DNA of 64,000 nt, from NCBI RefSeq assembly GCF_018977255.1, contig NW_024704743.1:109494001-109558000 (forward strand), read 5' to 3'. Below, piece after piece: positions 25,781 through 36,846 of this stretch (position 1 is its first letter; each line of letters starts with the position of its first letter). The stretch comes from Callorhinchus milii. Lineage: Eukaryota. A model generated the notes under the pieces. The model saw only the letters and a program-made list of their open reading frames with translations, ran no database searches and was not told the origin of the DNA. The position numbers were made by a program, and so were the translations under genes.

Positions 25781-28309
25781 TAGAATGTTACAGCACAGAA
25801 TCAAGCCAATCCATACTGGTATGTTTCTCCATGTCAGCTAGAAATCAGATATCCATCAACCTGCAGGATTCCTGCGTTGGAGTGTCTGAGTCACTATTGA
25901 TAAATCTTGTGGCTAACCTCTGTATAGCAGGGGAGCCTCTGACCCTCTTGGCAATGGAGACGTTCCAAACTCTATGTTTAAGCATGACTTAATTTTCTCA
26001 GGAGCTATTTTATTCAAGGAAATTTTTTTTCCCACAGCCAACCTCTCGCTTGCCATCTGCTGTATGTTAGGATTGGATATAGTGGAAGATCACCTCCTCG
26101 AGTGATGACAGACCAATTTTTCAAGAAGGAATGGATGGAGTGCCTCTGTCTAACTAATGGCATTATTTGTTATTCAGCGGACACACTGATTCATGCCAGT
26201 ACAATTCTGAATATAGTTCAATTCCTGGAAGAAAGTGATACAATTGTACAAGCATTTTGTAATAATTATTTCTGCTGCTGTGTGCAGGTACAGCAAAGAT
26301 AGATCGGTTATCTCAAAGGAAGAGTGGAAACATATAATAGGTCTACTTCAGATTGATTGAGATTTAGTTGGTGCTTTTGTTGTCTACGCCAGACTTTCCT
26401 ATTATCATGTGAAGGTTTTGACATTTGGGATCAAACACTATTATTGGGTATCGATTTAGCATATCAGATCGTAAAGCAGGGTAACACTGTAATGCTTCCG
26501 CAGTGCATCTTGTATGTGTGTGCGCGCTCATTGAGTCACTGCTCTGTAATTTTAGACTGGAAACCAATGGATCACAATTAGGTTTTAAAACATTAAACTG
26601 TGATAAACCATAGTCTCACATTGTACATTGGTTCATGACTGTGAATTCAGTTAAATTGCATTCAGCTCAATTGGATTCCACATTTAGATTACCTGGCCCA
26701 ATTCGTCCCAAAAAACATTTAAATCATTGTTTCAAAAAAAACCCACATCATTTTGCAATTACTTATTAATGGAACTGTTAAATGCTTTTAAACCCCAAAT
26801 TCACAGACGCCTCTCAGAACTACTTCTGGTTTCTCTCCTGTTGTGGCTTTATATTCGGTGCTTTAGCCCTTCATCTCAGCTTCTAACTGGCTCTAAGGCA
26901 ATGTGCCTGGCAGCAGAATGTTGGAATCGAGTCAACCCGGTAGTCCAGTTCCTGAGCCAAGTGGGTGCTCAGTGCTCCAGGGCACTGCTGATATCAGCAC
27001 ATGATGAGGGTTTGTGGGCCGGGCTGGGGGGGGAGGCATGGCATTGCTCCTGTGTGTTGCCTTCTGGTACCCTGGCTTGGCAATGAATGTCAGCAGGCCA
27101 CAGCCGAGTCTGACCCCTCCCTACCTGGCTGTCACTCACATGTTCTACCCGTAAAGGGTGCTGTAGAGAGACTAGGATCAGGAACCCTGGCTTCCCTTTC
27201 CTTCTCTAACCCCTAGGGTTGACTTAACCTCCCGATGCAGCCTGGCTGAGACCAGGAAAATTATTGAACTTCTAAAATATGACAAATAGTATTGTTTGTT
27301 TCTGTCAATATTGTACGCATTCAATAATTAGACATAACTTAAGATATGTTAAGACATCTATTAAGAAAGACAACAAAGGAATTCTCCATGGAACAGAAGG
27401 AGCCAATAAAATGTAATTCAGAGAAAGCAGTGGCTATGTTTAAATAGACAGAGGTTTAAGACAGATATGCTACTCTCCTTCCTGTTATTATAAACAGATT
27501 GGAATCAAGAGCAGATTGTTCTTCCACTTCCCTGACCTAGATAGTGCCTTGTTCCTTTATAATATCATACAATTGCAGTCGTATAAATTTGCAGTAGGAG
27601 AGAATTTGATCTATCAAGCCCAAACTGGTGCTATCTTATCCACTGGAGCTAACCACTCTAATCCTAATTCCCGGCTCTTTCTCCGAACCCTTCTTATGTT
27701 TGTGTTGAATTCTGCTAGCCTATTTGCCAGTAGCTCCTTGATATTTAATCTTTTTTAATAGGCTCAGATGCAGAATCTTATTAAATCCCTTCTGAAAAGA
27801 CTTCATAATAAATCCATTTCAGCCCCCTCGTCCGCTAATTTATTTATCTACTCAATGACTTCCAACGGATTAGTGAGAAATGATCCATTGAAGCCAAAAG
27901 AAAACATGCTGACTAACCCACACAGAGCTGTTGTTTGTTTGATGTACACTCATAGCATCTTTGTAAAACATTCACAGGCATTTTACCTGTTACCAAGAAA
28001 AGAAGAACTTGCATTTTTATAGTATCTTTTCCCTTCGAAGCACTTCACAGGTAATTATTATGAAATGATTTTTTGTGGGCAGCTGCCATATCCCACAAAC
28101 AGCCATAGAGTGAAGTAATCTTTAAAAGAGCATCACTAGACCTTTTACATCTGCCCAAATAAGTCCTCAGTTTCAACATTTCATGCCATAGATGGCACTT
28201 CTGACAACACTGTGCTACTTGCACTAGTTAACTGAAACATCTTCTTGGACAATAAGTTTAACTTCACCCTCTGCAGAGCCTGAACTCAGAAACTACTGAT
28301 CCAGATACT

Positions 28310-29576
28310 AACAACAACAACATCAACAGCAACAAGATTCCATTTATAGAGCGCCTTTCACGTCGGGAGGATGTCCCAAGGTGCTGTACAGTTGGGTCAG
28401 GACCCGAGCAGGGGGGAAATGGTCAGGGTGAGGGGAGGGAAGGGAGGGAGCGAGGAGGGGGTAGAGAGTCGAGAGGGGAGCTGAAGGCACGGTCAACGAG
28501 AGAGGTCTTGAGACCGGCCTTGAAGGAGGAAAGGGAGGAGGCGGCGAAGGCACTGGGGGATAGAGTTCGAGAGCCGAGGGGCTGAGAGGCTGAAGGCCCG
28601 GCCACTGATGGTAGGGCGGTTGGGGCGGGGGATGTGGAGCAGACCGGAGCCAGAGGAACGGAGGGTACGGGCAGGTAGGTAGGGGGATAGTAGGTCAGAG
28701 AGGTAGGAGGGAGCAAGGCCGTGAATGGCCTTGTAGGTGAGGCTGAGGATCTTGAATTCGATCCTCTGGGGGATGGGGAGCCAGTGGAGGCGAGCGAGGG
28801 TGGGAGTGATGTGGTCACGAAGCCTGGTGCGGGACAGTACACGAGCTGCAGAGTTCTGAATGACCTGCAGCTTGTGGAGGGAGGTGCCGGGAAGGCCGGC
28901 GAGGAGAGAAGTCCCATAGTCCAGCCTTGAGGTGATAAAGGCGTGGACCAGAGTTTCAGCAGTGTGAGGGGTGAGGTAGAGCTGTAGTCTGGTGACATTT
29001 TGGAGGTGATGGAAGGCGGTGCCAGTTGTGGCGCGGATATGAGGAAGAAAGGACTGCTCAGGGTCGAACAGAACCCCGAGGTTCCTGACTGACTTTGAGA
29101 GGTGGAGAGTGCAGCCTTGGATGCTGATGCTGTCAGCGCCTGAGGTGTGGAGGTGCTGACGTGAGCCAATCAGGAGGGCCTCAGTTTTATGCACGTTGAG
29201 CTGAAGAAAGTTGTCTCTCGTCCAGGACTCGATGTCGGACAGGCAGGCTGTCAGGACATCGATGGTCGTGGAGTTGAGGGCAGAGGAGGAAAGGTAGAGT
29301 TGGGTGTCATCCGCATACATGTGGAAGTTAACCCCATGTTTGCGGATGATGTCACCAAGGGGGAGCATATAGAGGGTAAAGAGGAGGGGACCGAGGACAG
29401 AGCCCTGAGGGACACCGCACGAGACAGTGCGGGTGCTGGAGGAAAAGCCATTTGTGGAAACAAAATGAAGACGGTGGGAGAGGTACAACCTAAACCACTC
29501 AAGGACAGGGCCTTGAAGGTTGAGGTGGGAGGACAAGCGGTGGAGGAGGATAGCGTGGTCGACCATATCGAATGCA
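28310..29576 (-). mobile_element. L2-A LINE, 5'-truncated, with intact-looking RT core
   Basis: ORF 28493-29629: [11 protein letters not shown]...[13 protein letters not shown]...YADDTQLY (YADD at 29306-29317); stem-loop tail and (gtt)n. Confidence 0.96.
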
Positions 29577-29942
29577 ACCACCTTTAAATAATAATAATAG
29601 TCCTTGCATTTGATATCATGCTTTGTCACATCATCAAAATGCTTAACGGGGTTTTACGGTAAAGTGTAATGACTGTGTTTAATAAGAATTTATAAATAAA
29701 ATTCCTTGTGTTTGATAATGCGCGTGTAATATCAAAACTGTTCAAAGTGGACAAGTAATTGCTGTGAATTGTTGTGACTGTATTTGTAGTCTAATGTGGT
29801 TTTAACAGGAAGGAAAGTCCTCCATAGAATAGAATAATTCCTTCAAAATAATAATAATAATAATAAATTGGTCACTCAATCCAAGACTGTTTGTGGGACA
29901 CTGCTGTGAGCAATTGGCTGACATGTTTCGCACAAAAAATAT

Positions 29943-30140
29943 ATGCTGGAAATCTAAAGCAAATACAGAAGTCGCTGGGAACAATCAGCAGGTCAGGCCG
30001 CATCTACGGAGAAAGGAAAGTGAGTCAGTTTCGAAGGGTCGTGGACCCGAAACGTTGTCTCACTTTCCTTTCTCCATAGGTGCTGACTGACCTGCTGAGT
30101 GTTCCCAGTGACTTCTGTATTTGTTTCAGATTTCCAGCAT
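29943..30140. repeat. About 200-bp imperfect palindrome, Penelope-like terminal repeat pair
   Basis: atgctggaaatct...ggaaagtgagtca / tctcactttcc...agatttccagcat arms around gggtcgtggacccgaaacgtt. Confidence 0.8.
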
Positions 30141-30306
30141 CTACAGAATTTGGGGTTTTGCCAAATCATTTCACTGACTCTAAATAGTTTTTTATTCTTT
30201 ACAGTATACAGCTTTGGTCACCATGTTACTTGAAAGATATTATAGCATTAGAGAAATTACTCTGTATAATTAAAAGGATGTTACTGGGAATGAGTGGACA
30301 CAGCTA

Positions 30307-30560
30307 TCAAGAATGATTGCACAGGTTGCAGCATTTCTCTCTGGAGTTGAAATAATTGAGAGGGGAATTGATAGAGGTGTTTAAGATTATGAAAGGATTT
30401 GACCAGGTGGATATTGGTAAATTGTTTCCAGTTGTTGGTGAGTCTAAAACTAAATGACATAATTATAAGATAGCCAATAACAGATTTAATAGGGAGTTTG
30501 TGCACATTGTGGTGCAAATGCGAAACTCACAGTGGTTAAAGCAAAAATTAATATATTTGA
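30307..30560 (+). mobile_element. Degenerate CR1 ORF2 C-terminal fragment
   Basis: gaggtgtttaagattatgaaaggatttgac...ttgtttccagttgttggtgagtctaaaact. Confidence 0.75.
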
Positions 30561-30562
30561 AT

Positions 30563-30684
30563 GGAAAGTGAGTCAACATTTTGGGTCCACGACCTTTCGT
30601 CAGACCAGAGTTGACTCACTTTCCTTTCTCCATAGATGCTGCCTGATATGCTGAGTTTTCCCAGCTCTCTCTGTTTTTGTTTCA
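30563..30684. repeat. Second partial copy of the Penelope-like palindrome with hammerhead-like core on the minus strand
   Basis: Minus strand 30603-30572 reads CTGACGA-AAGGTC-GTG-GACCC-AAAATGTTGAC; the right arm matches 30058-30128. Confidence 0.7.
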
Positions 30685-31964
30685 CTTTACAGTGTATTCT
30701 GTGGAGCGCTTTGAGACGTCTAGAAGACATGATAAGTCACTATATCAAATATGAGGATTATTATTATTATATAGGTTCGGTTTAGGTGCTAGTGTTCCTG
30801 TATTGCTATTTATAATAATAATAATTATTATTATTGAGGAATAAATATTAATAATTATTAATATTATTTAATTGTTATTATTAACCCTGCATTTGGTACA
30901 GCTCCTTATCATGTCATTAGCAATTTATTCCTCTTTGTAATGAGTTTATCTGCGACGTTACCAAATCTTGGTTACCATATAAAATGCAAGGATCATTGCA
31001 GTGCAGCTGAAGAGAGACTTGGTCAGATACTGAATGTTGGAAAGCTCCTGACTGTGGATTTCCCCAGGGAATCCTTATTTTATTGAGCACTCTCACCATT
31101 GAAGAATTTGATTTCTTCTCAGGTGGTGCGTGGAGCAGTCTCATTTCTCAAAACCAGCTCTGCGGATTTCAAAATAATTACTTGTGACACATTTGAGGCA
31201 TGATGGACGATATCAGTCATAGTGTGGTCTTTCACGAGCTTATCCTCTCTCATCTCCCTTCCCCCTCCTCTCCCCTCTGCCCCCCCACCCCCGCACCCCA
31301 ATCCCTACCCCCACCCGTGTTGGCTTCCAGGACATCTGCAGCTCAGTTTAACATTTCATGTCATTGGCATATTAGGAAGTAATCTGGAGGGACTGGTGTG
31401 GTTAGGGAATAAATGCTTCACTATAAGTCCCAATAAATCTGTCAAACTGATCCAATAATACAAGTTTACTGAGCACTCTGTTAGCATTGACTTCTGCCTG
31501 TGCAAGACTAGAAATTTCAAATGAAAAAAATAATGTTTAATATCTCTGAAGGGACAATGTGAGGCAGCAGCTCTGTGCTTAGGCACCTGGCCAGATCTTG
31601 ATACAGCACCTGCCACACTAGGATGCCCAGGAGGAGAGGGGATCATTCACCTGGTAACTCTTGAGATTCCTTAACATTAATAAGCCTTGCATTTGATAGA
31701 ACGCCTTTCATGTCAGGAGGACGCCTCAAAGTTCTTCACAGGTTTTACTGGAAAGAGTAGTAACTGTATTTTGTCGGCAAACACTACAAAAGTGAGGTAT
31801 TACACTTTAACCCTCAGGTCACTGACGGCAGGTTCTAGCATCTGATTTTGTGGTATTTCTTAAAGGATTTCTTATTTAAGAGCTAATTCAGATTCCCAAA
31901 AGCCAATAAAGTGTGAAAAGCACCAGCGAGCATATTTGTCCCTTCCTCTATTTCTCTCAGAAAC

Positions 31965-32420
31965 ATCACTTCAGTCAGAAGATTGTAGGTTCAAGTCCCA
32001 CATCAGGGCTTTAACTCACAGGCTAGGCTGACACTTCAATGCAGTGCGGGGGGTAGAGAGTATGGTGTGGGGGTGGGGGGTAGGAGAGGGCTGGAATGTT
32101 ACTGTCTTTCAGATGAGACATTAAACTGAAGTTGTGTCTACCTATTCAGGTGGATACTAAACATCCCAAGGCACTTGGAAATAAGAAATTAGTTTTAACC
32201 AGTGTCCTGGTCAATAATCCCCCATTTAAAACAAATTTCTCATTTACATCATGACTGTTTGTGTGTCATTGCTGTATGCAAATTGGCTGCTGCATTTGCC
32301 TACAAAATACGTAGATGCTACACTTTACAGTATATCCTTGTGAGGCACTTTAAAATATCCTCCTGATGTGAAAGGTGCTATATCGAATGCAAGAATAAAT
32401 ACTATTATTAATTATTATTA
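31965..32420 (+). mobile_element. Near full-length Deu-domain-type SINE
   Basis: agtcagaagattgtaggttcaagtccc head, ctaggctgacact, tctttcagatgagacattaaac core, tail tcctcctgatgtgaaaggtgcta. Confidence 0.8.
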
Positions 32421-32747
32421 CCTAGCCCTCTCTTTCAGGTATCAATGGACCTATTGTATTCATTTTGTGTTTCATTTTCCTACTCTCTATTTCTTTTTTG
32501 TCTGGTCTTCCTTCCCTTGCTTTCTCTCTGTTCATCCCCTTATCTTTCTCTCCACCAGATCCCAGTGGGTGCATGCAAACCAAAACAGGCTTCTGTGCAC
32601 AGTTTTCTTTGTGCCGTCTCCAACTAATAAGAATTATTTCTCTCTGTAGCAATGGGTCATTCTCTGCTCACCAGTCAATAGATTTTTCTTCTTTTCTCCT
32701 AGTGAAATTCTGTTTGCCATGAGAATGGTCTGTTTGGTTACAAAAAT

Positions 32748-33128
32748 GATAATAATTCTTGCATTTTGAAATAGCGCCTTTCACATCAAAAGAATGTGAA
32801 ATGTAACAACAGTGTATTTTGTAGTCAAAGACGGCAGCCAATTTTCACTCAACAATGTCTCACAATGGCCTTGAAGTGAAAAAGCAATTTTGTTTGGTGG
32901 ATTGTTGGTTAAGATACTAGGAGGAACTCTCTTTTAGAGTAGCGTAATGAGGATCTTTAATATCCACCTGAACAGGCAGATTGGATCTCGGTTGAATATT
33001 CATCCGAAGGACGACACAACCAACATTGCCTCCAGCACTGGATTGGAGGGTCAGACTAGACTGTGAGTTATAAAGTCCTGATGTGGGTCTTCAACCCAAG
33101 AGTGCTACCATCTAACCCAGGCTGACAC
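32748..33128 (-). mobile_element. Near full-length Deu-domain-type SINE
   Basis: Starts gtgtcagcctgggttagatggtagcactc on the minus strand; same core and tail. Confidence 0.78.
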
Positions 33129-34140
33129 CGTTCCCATTCAGAGGTGTATACATGTTTCTCTGGATAATGTGTTTCTGCCACTTGTTATTCTACATGTGTT
33201 GTCAGTCCAACGTGATATAACTTGAAAAGAACAGCTTATCCCCAGTCAAAGCAGACTATCTACATTTGATTGTTAGAGAATAAGGACAATCAATTCTGGT
33301 TTCATAAATAAGAATAAATATTGACTGCTTTGTGAGAGTCAGTGATTAGTTTACCGACCGTACAGAGTGTGAAGATCCCCCCCCATTCCTAATAGCCCAG
33401 CTCTTTCAAATTGACTCATGTGAAGTATAAACACCGGCATGGACTGGCTGGGTGGCCTGTTTCCACCCTGTACCTTAAATCATTGCATGGAATCCAAACT
33501 CTTCTGTTGACTTTGATCCTCTTCTCTGATATGTGCAGTAGAGGGCACTACCCACACTGTGAACAACTAACTGCATTACACCCTGCCTTATACAACAACA
33601 TTACACTTGTATAGCGCCTTTCACATTTCCCAAGGCGCTAGATAGTCAGTGTTTCGGACCCGAGTTGGGTGTCAGGACTGGGGAGGGTGAAAGGTAGAGG
33701 GAATATACTCACATAATTATACTCACATAATCCTCTGGTTCGGTCATTTATGGTTAGGGATTACATTGCCTATGTGGAAGAAACATCTTTTCCTATTTTA
33801 CTATCTCCTTAAATGAAGCATTACACTGCAACAGCATCTAGCATTTAATGGGTTCTTGTGTAAAATATCTCCTGAGATGAGTAATCATGGCAGGTCTATT
33901 CTCCTGTGGGATCTGCCTTCTCCCACATACACATGTTTGCACAGCATAACAATTTAGATTATTGGAGATACCATCCTTTGTATGAAATATTAAACTACAG
34001 GTGGACAGTAAAGAACCCGTGTACTATTCAAAAGTGAAGAGTCTTGGGTAACAATTGTCCAGATAAAAATATAGTCGTTCATTTCACCTACAAGATACAA
34101 CCATTCCACTTCACAGAAAAACTCTCTGAGACTATTCTAT

Positions 34141-34445
34141 ATAATAATAATAATCCTTGCATTTGATATAACGCTTTTCACTTCTTCTCGACGCCCCAAA
34201 GCGCTTCACAGAAAATACTGTAAAGTGAATTGACTGTATATTTGTGGCCAGCCAAATACGCACAGCAATATCCCACAAACAGTCGTGGATTGAAAATGAC
34301 CAATTTATTATTGTTTTTTTTTTGGAGGGATTATTATTAGGCGTGTGGAGTAAGGAAACTTGCTCAAGGTTTCACCCTGTCTGAAATAGAACTCAGGTCT
34401 CTCGCTTGCAAAGCGAGTGCTCTAACCACTGAGCTACAGGACTCC
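34141..34445 (-). mobile_element. Full-length tRNA-Ala-headed SINE, short variant
   Basis: ggagtcctgtagctcagtggttagagcactcgctttgcaagcgag head (A box, TGC anticodon loop) through to (att)n. Confidence 0.92.
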
Positions 34446-35361
34446 TTATTATAAGGCACTATATTATAAGGCACTATATGAAATGTAGTATTTATTAATT
34501 TACATACTATGGAAAAATAGATAGGTTTGTTTGTAAAAATAAAGCCTCTGACTGCAGTTAAAACCCAGTGTTTTATTTAATATAAATCCTCATCTTCAAA
34601 TGAAACAGCTGAGATGTTTATTTTATTTCTACATTACTTTGATGCGTCACAGTGTTAATTAGAACACCCCCAGGAGGAATGTTTAAATCTTCATAGAATT
34701 CAAATGATTCAAGTCCTTTTTAAGACCTTTAGGATCCATTCATTGTTCCAGAGTTTTGACCAAACTCCTTTTTCCTGAATTCACCTTCAGGTCCCATAAG
34801 ACACAACCCACGCTATACAGAGTTTTTGTTGTTGTGTTCCTCCACGGCCAAGGTTTGGTGTAGGATTTGCATTCAAACATTGGCAATGCTGTTTAAGTTG
34901 TCTAGTGTACGTGTGTATGCGTGTGTATGTGGTGGAGGAGGGGGAGAGAGAGGGGGGGTCAAGTCCTTTGCATTAAACTTTTGAGTTCAGAGAAAAATCC
35001 ATTAATGCTATTTGTGTACACTGTGGTCCATTGCTGCAATACCGCTGTTTATTGGGTGAATGAACAGAAAGCTCTAAATGGTTCCCTTGTTCATGTAGCT
35101 TTCTGTTGTGTACTTTCACATTGAGGCTGGATCAATAGAATCATTTACAGATTGCTGGAGAAAAGCACCTGAGCAGTAAAAGTCATTATTGAACCCAAGA
35201 GGGAGGGCGAGAAAGGAAATGGGATTGGTGAAAAAAGAGGGATTAGTAGAAAATAAACAGGGGCACAGATATGATGGCCTCTTCCTGTGCAGACAATTTC
35301 TACCATGCAATATTTTGGAATAGTTTAGAGTATTACATCTTTGTTTAACGTTCAATATTAC

Positions 35362-35421
<60 letters not shown>

Positions 35422-35428
35422 ATAATAA
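35362..35428. repeat. (TAT)n microsatellite
   Basis: Direct reading. Confidence 0.97.
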
Positions 35429-36194
35429 CTACCAGCACTGGTTTCTTCCACTCACTGTCCTAAACACAACCATTTTGTTTGATCATCAGGCAGGAGATAT
35501 TTACTTTATAAATTTTTGCTGCTACATCAGACTCTAAGATGTTTCTGTTGTTTCCCAATGTTGATTTGCCGCAGGGGCTTAAATCCATAATGTCCGTGGT
35601 CACAAGCTTTAACTTTTAGCATTTGAGCAGCCTAGGTCCAAAGCCTCTGAGGTAGTTGATTGAGGGGGAGGGTGGAGGGGGGAAATCACTATCCGACTAC
35701 GAGCAGGATATGTACTGCAACCTAGACAGTAATAGTTTCACCAGTGTTTACTGACCTCCCCAGCTCCAACACAAGCTGCAGACCATCCAGAACTCAGTAG
35801 CTTGCCTCCTCTCCTGCACCAGGTTCTTGTCTCTCTTGAAACTCCAGCCTGGATCCCTCCAACAAACCACCCTCGACTCATTCACCTTTAAAACCTGATT
35901 TAAGATTTTTCTACTTGACCCTTCCCCTGACTCGCCTTCCTAAGCTCCCCCCCTAGCTTGGGCACCCAGTCAGGTGCATGAAGCGCTTTGAGAGATCCTC
36001 CCGAGGTGAAAGGCGCTATATAAATGTAAAATCGTTACAAACTATTGCAATTCCATATTCGTACTTTGACTTGTCTGAATCTTGGGAAAGGTAACAAACT
36101 AATAGTTCCATGGGATCTTTAACTGCCATCTGACAGGACTTTGGTTTAAGGTCTCAATTGAAGAACAACCACTTCCGATAGCACTCTGTCCCAC

Positions 36195-36846
36195 AAACAC
36201 AGCCACTGAAGTAAATGATCAACTTTATCTGGGGGACTGTTGGCCAGGACACCAGGAATAAAAAGAAAGTTTCTTCTCGTTTTGAATAGTGCCATGGGAT
36301 CTTTAATGTCCACCTGAACAGACAGATAATAATTATAATAATAATAATAATCCTTGCATTTGATATAGCGCTTTTCACGTCTTCTCGATGTCTCAAAGCG
36401 CTTCATAGAATAGACTGTAAAGTGAATTGACCTTATATTTGTGGACGAAACATGGAAGCCAATTGCGTACAGCAGTATCCCACAAACAGTCGTGGATGGA
36501 AAATGACCAATTTATTGTTGTTTTATTTTGGAGGGATTATTATTAGGCGTGTGGAGTAAAGAAACTTGCCCAAGGTTTGGCCCTGCCTGGAATTGAACCC
36601 AGGTGTCTCGCTTGCAAGGCGAGCGCTCTAACCACTGAGCTACAGGACTCCACAGATGGGATCTCAGTTTAATGTTTTATCCGAAGATATAGACAGGACC
36701 TTAATTTAATATATCGTCTGAAGGACAGTACCCCAACACTGTATTGGAGTATTGGTCTAGATTGTTAACTCAAAGTCACAACTTGGGGCTTGAATCCTTA
36801 ACCTTCAGATTCAGATGCAAGAGTATTACTGATTGAATTAGGCTGA
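36195..36846 (-). mobile_element. Deu-domain-type SINE hosting a younger SINE
   Basis: Core gccatgggatctttaatgtccacctgaacag continues after 36652. Confidence 0.72.
36328..36651 (-). mobile_element. Full-length tRNA-Ala-headed SINE, short variant, with 6-bp TSD
   Basis: A box tagctcagtgg, B box ggttcaattcc; ACAGAT at 36322-36327 and 36652-36657. Confidence 0.93.

Larger units (their letters stand above)
29833..30770 (+). mobile_element. tRNA-SINE (long variant) in two pieces, 29833-29942 and 30681-30770
   Basis: The pieces are nearly consecutive in the family sequence (cacaaaatata|cagtcaa|ttcactttacag) and both carry long-variant diagnostic bases. Confidence 0.65.

Noticed and set aside
28493..29629. 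SINE-L2 fusion protein
   Set aside because: The N-terminal residues come from a SINE tail read from a non-ATG codon; frame continuity is incidental
36575..36651. tRNA-Ala gene (also near 34445, 42604, 44743 and 59213)
   Set aside because: Each runs directly into a SINE body and tail, so these are SINE heads rather than stand-alone tRNA genes
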